Part shown: positions 17,354 to 26,033 of the stretch, one piece after another | Numbering within the stretch: position 1 is the first letter of the stretch | Layout of the letters: each line of letters begins with the position of its first letter | Assembly (NCBI GenBank): GCA_003331605.1 | Contig: QOPD01000001.1 | Coordinates: 147,936 to 211,935 of the forward strand | Length of the DNA: 64,000 bases | DNA from: SAR86 cluster bacterium | Lineage (GTDB): Bacteria; Pseudomonadota; Gammaproteobacteria; Magnimaribacterales; TMED112 | Direction of reading: 5' to 3' | Made by a program: the position numbers and the translations under genes | Notes under the pieces: model-generated | Database searches by the model: none | What the model saw: the letters and a program-made list of their open reading frames with translations, nothing else | What the model was told of the DNA's origin: nothing

Positions 17354-18466
17354 ATGTTAAATAATTTGCTCCAAAAAATAAAAGAAATTCATAGCTCGGA
17401 TTACAAATTCGTGATCGTATCTAGTGGTGGAGGCAGCAATGCCATTGCATCGCTTTTAGAAGTGCCCGGAGCCAGCAACTCTGTGTTGGAGGTATACATT
17501 CCTTATGCCAAAGAATCGCTCGATTTTTATCTGTTAAAAAAACCTGATTTTTATTGCTCAAAAGAAACTGCGCTCCGAATGGCAGCTAAAGCTTACAGCG
17601 CTGCAAAAAAGATAGATGCTGAATCATCAAGAAAGAAGTTGCTAGGTGTTGCTATTACAGCTGCCTTAGCAACGAACTATAAAAAAAGAGGCGACCATAA
17701 ATTTCATATTGCCTTGCAAACTGAGGATTACTCTAAAAGCATCTCATGCGTTTTAGAGAAGGGAGCTCGGTCGCGAAAGGAGGAAGAGCAGCTTGTCACA
17801 GAATATGTGGTTAACTTGATATCAGAATCATTGGGGCTTGATTTTCGTTATCCAGAAATTAAAGAACAAAGTGTTATTGATAGAGTTGAAGCAAAGGAAG
17901 GTTGGCAAAAACTTATGAGAGAAGAAATTAGTTTTATTACTAAAGAAGGGCAAAAGCCAAAGCTCATTTTTCCCGGATCATTTAATCCCATTCATGATGG
18001 ACACAAAAAAATGTCTAAATTAGCTGAGGACAAAGTTAAGGAGCAGGCTTTTTTTGAGATTTGTATTCAGAATGCAGACAAGCCACCACTTAGTTACCAT
18101 CAAATCGAATCAACATTGAGTCAATTTACCTCAGGCAACTGGCTTCTAACAAAAGCAGGTAAATTTTCAGATAAATCAAAAATATTCCCGGAAGCAACAT
18201 TTATTATTGGTGCCGATACCTTGATGAGAATTCTCGATGAAAAGTTCTATAGCAGCCACAAAGCAATGATTGAAGAATTTGAGATTTTTAATGAGAACAA
18301 TACGCGATTTTTGGTTTTTGGGAGAATTTTTAAGGAAAATTTCATGACGCTTTCTGATATTGAATTGCCAAGCAATATTGCCGATAGATTTGAGGGTTTT
18401 GGTGAAGACATCTTTCGTGACGACATATCTTCAACGACTTTAAGAGTAGCTAGAGGCGAGGACTAA
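17354..18466 (+). CDS. CinA/PncC-like domain fused to a NadD-like nucleotidyltransferase
   Basis: N-terminal LLEVPGASNSVLE..PYA and TALRMA resemble the CinA C-terminal fold. C-terminal FPGSFNPIHDGH, IIGADT and DISSTTLR are HxGH nucleotidyltransferase motifs. Confidence 0.7.
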   Translation: MLNNLLQKIKEIHSSDYKFVIVSSGGGSNAIASLLEVPGASNSVLEVYIPYAKESLDFYLLKKPDFYCSKETALRMAAKAYSAAKKIDAESSRKKLLGVAITAALATNYKKRGDHKFHIALQTEDYSKSISCVLEKGARSRKEEEQLVTEYVVNLISESLGLDFRYPEIKEQSVIDRVEAKEGWQKLMREEISFITKEGQKPKLIFPGSFNPIHDGHKKMSKLAEDKVKEQAFFEICIQNADKPPLSYHQIESTLSQFTSGNWLLTKAGKFSDKSKIFPEATFIIGADTLMRILDEKFYSSHKAMIEEFEIFNENNTRFLVFGRIFKENFMTLSDIELPSNIADRFEGFGEDIFRDDISSTTLRVARGED

Positions 18467-18730
18467 TTATTCTGGAATGTATCCCGACGGGCGTTGATAA
18501 TCTTTATTGTCTAGAAAGAACCCCATTTGTTTGTTAAGCCATTTTCTATTTGATTTATCTGAAAGATCGAGGTGATTTTCATTAATTAGCATTGTTTGTA
18601 AATCAATCCATGCTTCCCAAGCTTTTTTTGAGTAGTTTTTGAAGATATGCATTCCTTTTTCACCTGGTAATGGAGGGGCATCCAAACTTGGCAACTCCTC
18701 TTGATATTTTTTACATAAAATTATTTGCAT
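18467..18730 (-). CDS. yggX: Fe(II)-trafficking / oxidative damage protection protein
   Basis: CKKY, PPLPGEKG, SKKAWEAW and QTMLINE motifs; follows mutY. Confidence 0.93.
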   Translation of the reverse strand: MQIILCKKYQEELPSLDAPPLPGEKGMHIFKNYSKKAWEAWIDLQTMLINENHLDLSDKSNRKWLNKQMGFFLDNKDYQRPSGYIPE

Positions 18731-19653
18731 ATCTCTAATAATTTATCAGATATTGGCTTCGGAGTCGTTAAATTTAGTACTTCTTTGAAACTAAAAAAGG
18801 TCATGTTTTCTGCTTCAGGCAATGATACGAATTCCAAGTTTAGTTGTCGATGCGATAAGTTATGCACAGTGGTTGGTTTATTTTCTTTAACTATTTCATG
18901 TGGAAGTAACCACAAATTTTTCCAAAAGCCCAGGGTGCTATTTTTTGTCATTGCTATTGTTTTGCCTTTTACGATAACTTGAAAATTAATATTCACTTGC
19001 TTTTTAGCAACTCTTTTCCTTCTCAGAGTAGGAAATGAGTTAAGTTTAAATGACTTACAACCTTTCTTTAATGGGCATTGGTTACATAGAGGCTTTATAG
19101 GAACGCATATTGTTGCTCCAATATCCATGGCCCCTTGTTGGAATGAGTAAGGGTCGTCTTGATCAATTGATTGTTTTGATAAGCCCCAAAAAACTTTTTC
19201 ATCAAAATTCTTTTTATAAAAATATCTAGAAATTAGTCTTTTTACATTGCCGTCAAGAATGGGAAAAGGTTTATTGTAAGCAATCGATAGTATTGCGCCT
19301 GCTGTCGATTGACCTACACCAGGAAGTCGGATTAAATCATCATAACTTTCGGGGAAAATACCATTAAAGGTTTTAAATATTATTTCTTTAGCTTCGAAAA
19401 TATAATTTGCTCTTCTGTAGTAACCTAAACCCTTCCAGAGCGCTAAAATATCATCCTCGCTAGCGGATTTAATAGAGTCTAGAGTGGGATATTTTTCAAT
19501 AAATCTATGAAAATACTCTGTTCCAGTTTTTACTTTGGTTTGTTGCAGAATTAGTTCAGAAATCCAAACTTTATATGGTGTTATATTAAGACGCCAAGGC
19601 AGATCTTTGCGGCCATGCTTTTTATACCAGTTGGATATGTTTTTACCGATCAA
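18721..19653 (-). CDS. mutY: A/G-specific adenine glycosylase
   Basis: GRKDLPWR, SELILQQT, WKGLGYYRRA, LPGVGQSTAGAI, DGNVKR motifs and 4Fe-4S C-x6-C-x2-C-x5-C. Confidence 0.96.
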   Translation of the reverse strand: MIGKNISNWYKKHGRKDLPWRLNITPYKVWISELILQQTKVKTGTEYFHRFIEKYPTLDSIKSASEDDILALWKGLGYYRRANYIFEAKEIIFKTFNGIFPESYDDLIRLPGVGQSTAGAILSIAYNKPFPILDGNVKRLISRYFYKKNFDEKVFWGLSKQSIDQDDPYSFQQGAMDIGATICVPIKPLCNQCPLKKGCKSFKLNSFPTLRRKRVAKKQVNINFQVIVKGKTIAMTKNSTLGFWKNLWLLPHEIVKENKPTTVHNLSHRQLNLEFVSLPEAENMTFFSFKEVLNLTTPKPISDKLLEICK

Positions 19654-20254
19654 CTCTCTTTAGTTTGCCATTCTTGTATTCGTAGAACAGTGGTTCTCCA
19701 GTAGCAATTTCGAATTTCAAAATATTTTCCTCAGAAATGTTTTCAATGTATTTCACCAATGATCTTAGTGAGTTACCATGAGCTGCAATTAGGATATTTT
19801 TACCACTTTCTAATTGAGCAAAAACCTTTTCTTTGAAATAAGGCACAACCCTATCATAGGTATTTTTTAAACTTTCTCCTCCTGGAGGGGGAACATCATA
19901 GGAACGTCGCCATATATGAACTTGTTCTTCACCAAACTCTGCTCGTGCCTGGTCTTTGTTCATCCCTGTTAGATCACCATAATCTCTTTCATTTAAAGTA
20001 ACATTCTTTTCTACAGGAATATTGAGTTGATCTAATTTCTCTAAAATTATTGTTCCTGTAAGTTGCGCTCTTTGAAGTACAGATGTGTACATTAAATCAA
20101 ACTTTATTGACATATCTTTCAACTTTTCTCCAGCTTGACTAGCTTCAGCTATTCCCTGCTGAGTCAGATTAGGGTCTTTCCAGCCAGTAAATAAATTGAG
20201 CTTATTCCATTCACTTTGCCCGTGCCTGATTAAGACTAGAATATTAGATTTCAT
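19643..20254 (-). CDS. gpmA: 2,3-bisphosphoglycerate-dependent phosphoglycerate mutase (short type)
   Basis: LIRHGQSEWN, NLFTGW, LNERDYGDL, WRRSYDVPPPGGESL and AHGNSLR motifs. Confidence 0.96.
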   Translation of the reverse strand: MKSNILVLIRHGQSEWNKLNLFTGWKDPNLTQQGIAEASQAGEKLKDMSIKFDLMYTSVLQRAQLTGTIILEKLDQLNIPVEKNVTLNERDYGDLTGMNKDQARAEFGEEQVHIWRRSYDVPPPGGESLKNTYDRVVPYFKEKVFAQLESGKNILIAAHGNSLRSLVKYIENISEENILKFEIATGEPLFYEYKNGKLKRVDR

Positions 20255-20308
20255 GATTTATCTTTAAAATAAGTTATATATTGTATAAGCTTAAAAAAAA
20301 TTTTATAT

Positions 20309-20713
20309 ATGGATTTATTCGATTTTTTATTTTCTAGATGGTATCTATCACTTCCATTGTTCATAACTTTGGTTTCTTGGTGGATATACGAAAATAATAA
20401 AGGCGGCAAAAAGATTGGTCCAACAGAGGCAACACAATTGGTCAATCAAAGCTCTGCATTTTTCTTGGATATTAGAGATAGAGATTCTTTCGAGTCAGGT
20501 CATATACATGGATCTATAAATGTCCCAAAGGAGAGTTTCAAGCAACAAGAACATCTTCTAGTGAATGATAAAGCGGTAATCATAGTTTCGGAAAATGGCT
20601 TGGATGCTGGTGGAGCAGGTGTTGAGCTCAAGCAATTAGGTGTCAAACAAGTATTTCTTTTGAAGTATGGCCTAGTTTCTTGGGCAGAAGAGAGCCTCCC
20701 ACTTGTAAAGTAG
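20309..20713 (+). CDS. Rhodanese-like domain protein (YibN-like)
   Basis: N-terminal TM helix, LDIRDRDSFESGHIHGSINVP and LKYGLVSW motifs. Confidence 0.85.
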   Translation: MDLFDFLFSRWYLSLPLFITLVSWWIYENNKGGKKIGPTEATQLVNQSSAFFLDIRDRDSFESGHIHGSINVPKESFKQQEHLLVNDKAVIIVSENGLDAGGAGVELKQLGVKQVFLLKYGLVSWAEESLPLVK

Positions 20714-20727
20714 AAGGCTCAATTAGT

Positions 20728-22134
20728 TTAGACACTATAGTACATATCGAATTCGACTGGATGAGTCGACATTCTTAGTCTATCAACTTCTTCCATTTTC
20801 AGTGAAATATAGTCATCAATTAAATTATCGGTAAAAACACCACCTTCTTTTAAGAAAGCTCGATCTTTATCCAAGGCTTGCAAGGCTTCATCAAGAGAAC
20901 TGCAAACGGTTTTAAATCTTCTTAGTTCTCTAGTAGATGCTTCATAGAGATCAAGATCACCCGGTTTCCCTGGATCAATTTTATTTCGTATTCCATCGAG
21001 TCCAGCCATAAGCATTGCTGCAAAAGTAAAGTAAGGGTTGCCTGATGCATCAGGGAATCTAACTTCTATTCTGGCTGCTTTTGGATTGCTTTCATAAGGG
21101 ATCCTGATAGAAGCCGATCTATTCTTATTTGAATAGGTAAGAATCACTGGGGCTTCGAAACCAGGCACGAGCCTTTTATAACTATTTGTGGTGGCATTGG
21201 AAAAGGCATTGATTGCTCTCGCATGCTTCATAATTCCACCAATGTAATAGAGAGCGTTTTGACTTAAACCACCATATTCTTTACCTGTGAATAAATTGAC
21301 TCCATCTTTTACAAGAGATTGGTGGCAATGCATCCCACTTCCGTTATCCCCAACCAATGGTTTTGGCATAAAAGTTGCTGTTTTCCCATAGTTAAATGCA
21401 GTGTTATGAACACAGTACTTAAATGTTTGAATATCGTCAGCCTTTTTTGTTAACGAATTAAATTTCACCCCTATTTCACACTGTCCAGCAGTACCAACTT
21501 CGTGGTGATGAACTTCCGTCTCAAGACCAAAATCTTGACAGGCCTTACAAGCTGCAGCTCTAAGATCTGCAAGAGAGTCAACAGGTGGGACAGGGAAGTA
21601 ACCACCTTTTACTCCTGGCCTATGACCAAGGTTGCCTTCTTCGTATTCAGTATCTGTTTCCCATGCACCTTCTTCAGAAGAAATTTGGTATGACATTTTT
21701 TGCATTTCAGTTGACCATCTGATGTCATCAAAGACAAAGAACTCAGGCTCTGGTCCAAAGAATGCCTCATCGGCAATACCTTCAGATCTCATAAAGTCTT
21801 CTGCCTTTTTTGCGACTGATCTAGGGTCTTTTTCGTACCCTTTTCCATCGCTTGGTTCAACGATATCGCATCTTAATATTACAAGAGGGTCATCGGAGAA
21901 AACATCAAGAACACAAGTACTATCATCTGGCATGAGAATCATGTCTGATTCATTGATTGGTTTCCAGCCTGCTATGGAAGAACCATCAAACATTTTTCCA
22001 TCGGTGAAGAAGCTTTCATCTACTGTGCTAGTAGATACTGTTACGTGCTGCTCTTTACCTTTGGTATCGGTAAAGCGTAGGTCAACCCATTCAGCTTTTG
22101 AATCGGCAATGAGTTTTAAAGTATTTTTTGACAT
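20728..22134 (-). CDS. glnA: Glutamine synthetase type I
   Basis: [46 protein letters not shown] and NRSASIRIP motifs; the adenylylation-site Tyr region (DLYE) is present. Confidence 0.99.
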   Translation of the reverse strand: MSKNTLKLIADSKAEWVDLRFTDTKGKEQHVTVSTSTVDESFFTDGKMFDGSSIAGWKPINESDMILMPDDSTCVLDVFSDDPLVILRCDIVEPSDGKGYEKDPRSVAKKAEDFMRSEGIADEAFFGPEPEFFVFDDIRWSTEMQKMSYQISSEEGAWETDTEYEEGNLGHRPGVKGGYFPVPPVDSLADLRAAACKACQDFGLETEVHHHEVGTAGQCEIGVKFNSLTKKADDIQTFKYCVHNTAFNYGKTATFMPKPLVGDNGSGMHCHQSLVKDGVNLFTGKEYGGLSQNALYYIGGIMKHARAINAFSNATTNSYKRLVPGFEAPVILTYSNKNRSASIRIPYESNPKAARIEVRFPDASGNPYFTFAAMLMAGLDGIRNKIDPGKPGDLDLYEASTRELRRFKTVCSSLDEALQALDKDRAFLKEGGVFTDNLIDDYISLKMEEVDRLRMSTHPVEFDMYYSV

Positions 22135-22221
22135 AAAAATGCTCCAATTAAATTAATTTAAAATTTTGCATTTTTGATCTGCAGGATATTTAGAAATTAA
22201 ACTCGGTCCTGTTTAACGGGC

Positions 22222-22270
22222 GCGTTCCTTCAGCTTTCGCTTACTTCCGTCTTCTTACGAAGATGAACGA
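22222..22270 (-). ncRNA. glnA-type glutamine riboswitch aptamer (3' copy, glnA leader)
   Basis: UCGUUCAUCUUCGUAAGAAGACGGAAGUAAGCGAAAGCUGAAGGAACGC; P3 AGC-GAAA-GCU; lies in the glnA 5' region. Confidence 0.88.
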
Positions 22271-22291
22271 TTTACGTTTCCTGTAAACGGC

Positions 22292-22340
22292 GCGTTCCTT
22301 CAGTTTTAACCTACTTCCGTCTTCTTACGAAGATGAACGA
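22292..22340 (-). ncRNA. glnA-type glutamine riboswitch aptamer (5' copy, glnA leader)
   Basis: UCGUUCAUCUUCGUAAGAAGACGGAAGUAGGUUAAAACUGAAGGAACGC; P3 GGU-UAAA-ACU. Confidence 0.88.
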
Positions 22341-22410
22341 TTTAACTCTTACCTTATTAAAGGCACCTTTCTAACCATGGAGTATGGTGCAAAAATAAAA
22401 ATGCTTTTTA

Positions 22411-22439
22411 AATTTAGCTTTTTTCTGCCAAAATGGCAA
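22411..22439 (-). promoter_or_regulatory. sigma70-like promoter for glnA
   Basis: Minus strand TTGCCA-N17-TAAATT. Confidence 0.45.
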
Positions 22440-22443
22440 TAAT

Positions 22444-23037
22444 TTATTGATTTTTACCAAAATGATTCAAAATACTTGCTATTTTTAACTCAAGATTATC
22501 AAAACTATGGGATCCGCCTTCATCAATAACAATGTTAGTACCATCAAAGTATTTCTCAGCATAACGATAATTTAAAGTTTCATCTGCCGTTTGAAGTAGC
22601 ACCAAGAAGTTGGATTTAAATTTTAATTTTTCTATGAAAATCTCTTCAAGACTATCTATCCACTCTTGGTCTATGAAGTATTGTTCACCTGTATTTGGAT
22701 TTTCATTATCACCACGGTTATTTTCAAAAATTTTGTATGCCCATACTGCAGGGTTTATCATCACAGCCTTTAGATTGTATTTTTCTGAAAGGTAAGTTGA
22801 ATAATAGCCGCCGAGGGAGCTGCCAATTAAATGAACGTTACGGTGCGACATCTCTGATTCAATTAATTTCGAAAGTTGAGCAATAGCATTTCTGGGATGT
22901 GCTTCTAGAGTTATCGAGATGACCTCAAAATGTACATTGTCGATCAACTCTTTTAACAGTTTTGCCTTCCTTGCACCCTTAAAAGAATTCCAGCCGTGCA
23001 CATAGATGATTAAATCTTTATTTTTCATAAAACCCAC
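22444..23037 (-). CDS. yqiA: YqiA/YcfP family alpha/beta-hydrolase (esterase)
   Basis: YVHGWNS, GSSLGGYY, AVMINPAV, QTADETLNY and GGSHSF motifs. Confidence 0.88.
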   Translation of the reverse strand: MGFMKNKDLIIYVHGWNSFKGARKAKLLKELIDNVHFEVISITLEAHPRNAIAQLSKLIESEMSHRNVHLIGSSLGGYYSTYLSEKYNLKAVMINPAVWAYKIFENNRGDNENPNTGEQYFIDQEWIDSLEEIFIEKLKFKSNFLVLLQTADETLNYRYAEKYFDGTNIVIDEGGSHSFDNLELKIASILNHFGKNQ

Positions 23038-23431
23038 TGGTAAGAATCATATCAAGAACTTCTGTTAAAAACCGATTTTGTTGTAATTTTTCATCAGCAG
23101 ATTTAGGAAAGTTTTCATGACTAAAGGGATATTTATTTGGTGCATGACCATTAAATGAAGCAACCTCACATAGCTCGACATCATGATAGATGTTGAGAAC
23201 AAACTGTAATGAATTTAATAGCTTATGGTTGAGGTTGGAGAAAACTAAGTGACATATCCAGGTATGGTTTGATAATTTTTGTGTATCAATTTGAGCACTA
23301 TAGATTGTCTCTTTAATTTTATTCCTAAGAGTTAAAGATCTTTTTTCAGAAGCATTAAGCAATTTACTTATTCTTAAATAATTTGCTGAACAGACAGAAA
23401 TGTGGCCATTGGTCTTGGAATATTCAGACAT
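23018..23431 (-). CDS. DUF1249 (YqiB-like) protein
   Basis: CSANYLRISKLL, IYHDVELCEV and DEKLQQNRFL motifs; next to yqiA as in enterobacteria. Likely start 23431. Confidence 0.72.
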   Translation of the reverse strand: MSEYSKTNGHISVCSANYLRISKLLNASEKRSLTLRNKIKETIYSAQIDTQKLSNHTWICHLVFSNLNHKLLNSLQFVLNIYHDVELCEVASFNGHAPNKYPFSHENFPKSADEKLQQNRFLTEVLDMILTSGFYEK

Positions 23432-24512
23432 TTTTAAACGGGAGTTGTTTCTTGGCATTTTCTAGATATTCCAACACATGTCTTCCTTCTTCTTTGCAGT
23501 AATTAATTATTGCCTTTCTAAATTCAGGGTGTTTTATCCAGTGATATGATCTATTTATTACAGGCTCAAAACCGCGTTTTAATTTGTGTTGTCCTTGAAT
23601 GCCTGGATCAAATGTCTTGATACCTCTTTCAACAGCTAGTTCAATCCCTTGATAGTAGCAGGTTTCAAAATGTAAAAAATCTATATCTTCCTTTGCGCCC
23701 CAGTATCTGCCATACAAGCTATCTTTTTTAATAAAAAAAAGTGCAGCTGCAACTTTTTCCTGTTTTCTATGTGCAAAGAGAATAATTGGATTGAGTGAAT
23801 TAATTTGTTTGAAAAAGTCCAAATTTAAATAAGGATTTTGCCCTCTCCTTACATATGTAAGAGCATAAAACAGATAGAACTCTTCCCAGTCTTTATCCGA
23901 AGGCTGCTGAATAACATTGAATGTAATGCCTTGTTCATTAATGGACTGTCGCTCTTTAAGTATATTTTTTCGGTATCTTGATTTAAGAGATATTAGATAA
24001 TCATCAAATGTTTTGTAATTGTGATTATGCCATTTGTAGTTACAGTCAATACGCTCAATATAGTCATTTGCCAAAAAAGGATTGGCTGATTCCTTTTCAA
24101 CGTAAAGTGCATGGATAGATGAAAAATTGCTTTCATTTACATAATTTGTGAAATCTTTTAATGCCTCTTCACCTTTTTTATCATCTGAACAAAAAATTCT
24201 TTCGCCCTCAACAGGGGTGAAAGGAACACTTAACACAATTTTAGGGTAATACTTTATTCCACTCCTAAAGTACGCATTGGCCCATGCATAATCAAAAACA
24301 AATTCGCCTTGGCTGTTATTTTTTTTGTAAAAAGGAATAATACTTCCATTTTGATGCTTAAATGAATGAGGCATCCAGCCAGTATTTGGGTTTAAGGAGT
24401 TGCTTGTTTCTAATGCACTTAAAAAATCGTAATTAAAGAAAACATTGTCTTTTGACAATGCTTTAATTGATCTTTTGTGTGGCTTGCAGCTCTTTTCAAC
24501 TGAAAAATTCAT
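23424..24512 (-). CDS. GNAT / FemAB-like peptidoglycan-related protein (DUF482)
   Basis: NSQGEFVFDYAWA, YYPK...PFTP, LYGRYWG, LHFETCYYQGIE and GQHKLKRGF motifs. Confidence 0.88.
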   Translation of the reverse strand: MNFSVEKSCKPHKRSIKALSKDNVFFNYDFLSALETSNSLNPNTGWMPHSFKHQNGSIIPFYKKNNSQGEFVFDYAWANAYFRSGIKYYPKIVLSVPFTPVEGERIFCSDDKKGEEALKDFTNYVNESNFSSIHALYVEKESANPFLANDYIERIDCNYKWHNHNYKTFDDYLISLKSRYRKNILKERQSINEQGITFNVIQQPSDKDWEEFYLFYALTYVRRGQNPYLNLDFFKQINSLNPIILFAHRKQEKVAAALFFIKKDSLYGRYWGAKEDIDFLHFETCYYQGIELAVERGIKTFDPGIQGQHKLKRGFEPVINRSYHWIKHPEFRKAIINYCKEEGRHVLEYLENAKKQLPFKNV

Positions 24513-25362
24513 TTTGATTTTCTATAAAAAATATCATAGCAACCACCAAACCGACATGACTATTCGATTTAAATGCTTGAATGTATTGGTGATCTAGGCC
24601 TAGTTGGTATTGGTAATAACCCTGATAAATTAAGAATAAGACACCAATCTTTAAAATTTCGTAACCATTATGAAAAGCAAATAGAGCAATCATTAAAACA
24701 AATAAACTATAAAACACATTAATTACTTTTAGAGTTGAAGCACCAAAAAGCTGAGGCAGTGAATTAATATTTATTTTTACATCGTCTTCTAGATCAGATA
24801 AAGCGTAGAAGCTGTCGTAAGCAATTATCCAAAAAATGCACGCTAGGTAAAGAAATAAAGCATCAGCATTGATGTTGCTATGAACAATGGCATAGCTTAT
24901 TGGTAAAGACAAACCAAATGTGATTCCTAGTATAAGTTGTGGGGCGCCAATGAATCTTTTAGCTAATGGGTAAAAGATGATTAGAGGTATGGCCAAAGTA
25001 AAAACAAAGGTAATTGTGAATGAATTAGTTTGCAGTAAGAGAACAATACAAGCTATGCCCATTAATATTGTGAATATCAGTGCTTGCATCAAGCTTAGAT
25101 CTCCATTTGCTAGTGGTCTTCCTTTTGTTCTTTCCACCTTGTTATCGTAGTTTCGGTCAAGAATATCGTTTATTGCACAGCCTAGTGATCTTGTTAGAAA
25201 TGCACCTAAGGTCACTATTGCAAAATGTTTCAGCTGAAAACCGGGCTCAATGAAAACACCCCAAAGTGCAGGCCACAACAACAACCAAAAACCTACAGGA
25301 TTAAAAAATCTTATGAGATTTAGATACGGCCCCAACTTACTCATCAAATAAAAATACTTCAA
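24496..25362 (-). CDS. ubiA: 4-hydroxybenzoate octaprenyltransferase
   Basis: LLLWPALW, GCAINDILDRNYDNKVERTKGRPLA and AYDSFYA..D..DD motifs. Confidence 0.93.
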   Translation of the reverse strand: MKYFYLMSKLGPYLNLIRFFNPVGFWLLLWPALWGVFIEPGFQLKHFAIVTLGAFLTRSLGCAINDILDRNYDNKVERTKGRPLANGDLSLMQALIFTILMGIACIVLLLQTNSFTITFVFTLAIPLIIFYPLAKRFIGAPQLILGITFGLSLPISYAIVHSNINADALFLYLACIFWIIAYDSFYALSDLEDDVKININSLPQLFGASTLKVINVFYSLFVLMIALFAFHNGYEILKIGVLFLIYQGYYQYQLGLDHQYIQAFKSNSHVGLVVAMIFFIENQNEFFS

Positions 25363-25813
25363 TTACTGAAAATAGCTCTTCATTTAATGAGTATATGCAT
25401 TTTCTTGCAATGTATTCTTTATTTTTAAGCTGGTATAGGGCCACATAGGTTTCAACTTTGTCTATGTTTTTATGTGAGAAGAGATATTTGCCAAGAGCCT
25501 CGTTGCCGAGTGCTCCAAATTTTTTGAATTGATTAATAACGCCTTCACTAAAAAAAGATTCTGCATAAACAATATTCGAATTAGCTTTTAGAAATATCTT
25601 TCTAAGGTTTCCACTTATTTCTTGGGATGATATTTGTTGATCGCAGTGAAGGCAGATTTTTTCTGATATGAGCTCTAACCTGATAGAGCCATGCTTTTCA
25701 GTCAGTCTTCCAATCAGTGAAGTATCTTCAAGAATCCATGATTCCATATGATTGAAATTGCCTAGCTCCTCTTTTGCAAAAAGCTGCCAGTTTGTTTGGA
25801 TTAAAGGTGTCAT
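25337..25813 (-). CDS. ubiC: Chorismate pyruvate-lyase
   Basis: WILEDTSL, LGNEALGKYLF, ARK and IEVFL motifs; directly upstream of ubiA. Likely start 25813. Confidence 0.72.
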   Translation of the reverse strand: MTPLIQTNWQLFAKEELGNFNHMESWILEDTSLIGRLTEKHGSIRLELISEKICLHCDQQISSQEISGNLRKIFLKANSNIVYAESFFSEGVINQFKKFGALGNEALGKYLFSHKNIDKVETYVALYQLKNKEYIARKCIYSLNEELFSVIEVFLFDE

Positions 25814-25862
25814 TTCTAAGTGATGAATGATTATAATACTTCCCTTTAAAAGAGGACATAAA

Positions 25863-26033
25863 ATGGAATACAAAAAATGGGAATGCATAGTTTGTGGATG
25901 GATCTACGATGAAGAAAAAGGCCATCCAGAGGAGGGTTTAGCCCCTGGAACAAGATGGAAAGATGTTCCTGATGACTGGGTTTGTCCTGAATGTGGTGTA
26001 GGCAAAGAAGATTTTGATATGATGGAGATATGA
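25863..26033 (+). CDS. Rubredoxin
   Basis: CIVCG...W..VPDDWVCPECG; RBS GAGG before ATG 25863; 56 aa. Confidence 0.96.
   Translation: MEYKKWECIVCGWIYDEEKGHPEEGLAPGTRWKDVPDDWVCPECGVGKEDFDMMEI

Noticed and set aside
22147-22170. 7-codon upstream ORF MQNFKLI before the glnA SD
   Set aside because: No SD, a single Gln codon, and expected by chance in AT-rich DNA.
13923-22340. Four near-identical ~50-nt repeats as CRISPR or REP/IS ends
   Set aside because: No regular spacers and no cas or transposase genes. Variation is confined to covarying stems and all copies lie in 5' leaders, which fits riboswitch aptamers.
22362-22391. NtrC binding site near the glnA leader
   Set aside because: Only the half site ATGGTGCA matches; the GCAC-N7-GTGC spacing is not met.
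22415-22431. sigma54 promoter (TTGGCAG...GCT) upstream of glnA
   Set aside because: GG-to-GC spacing is 9 nt; sigma54 requires 10.
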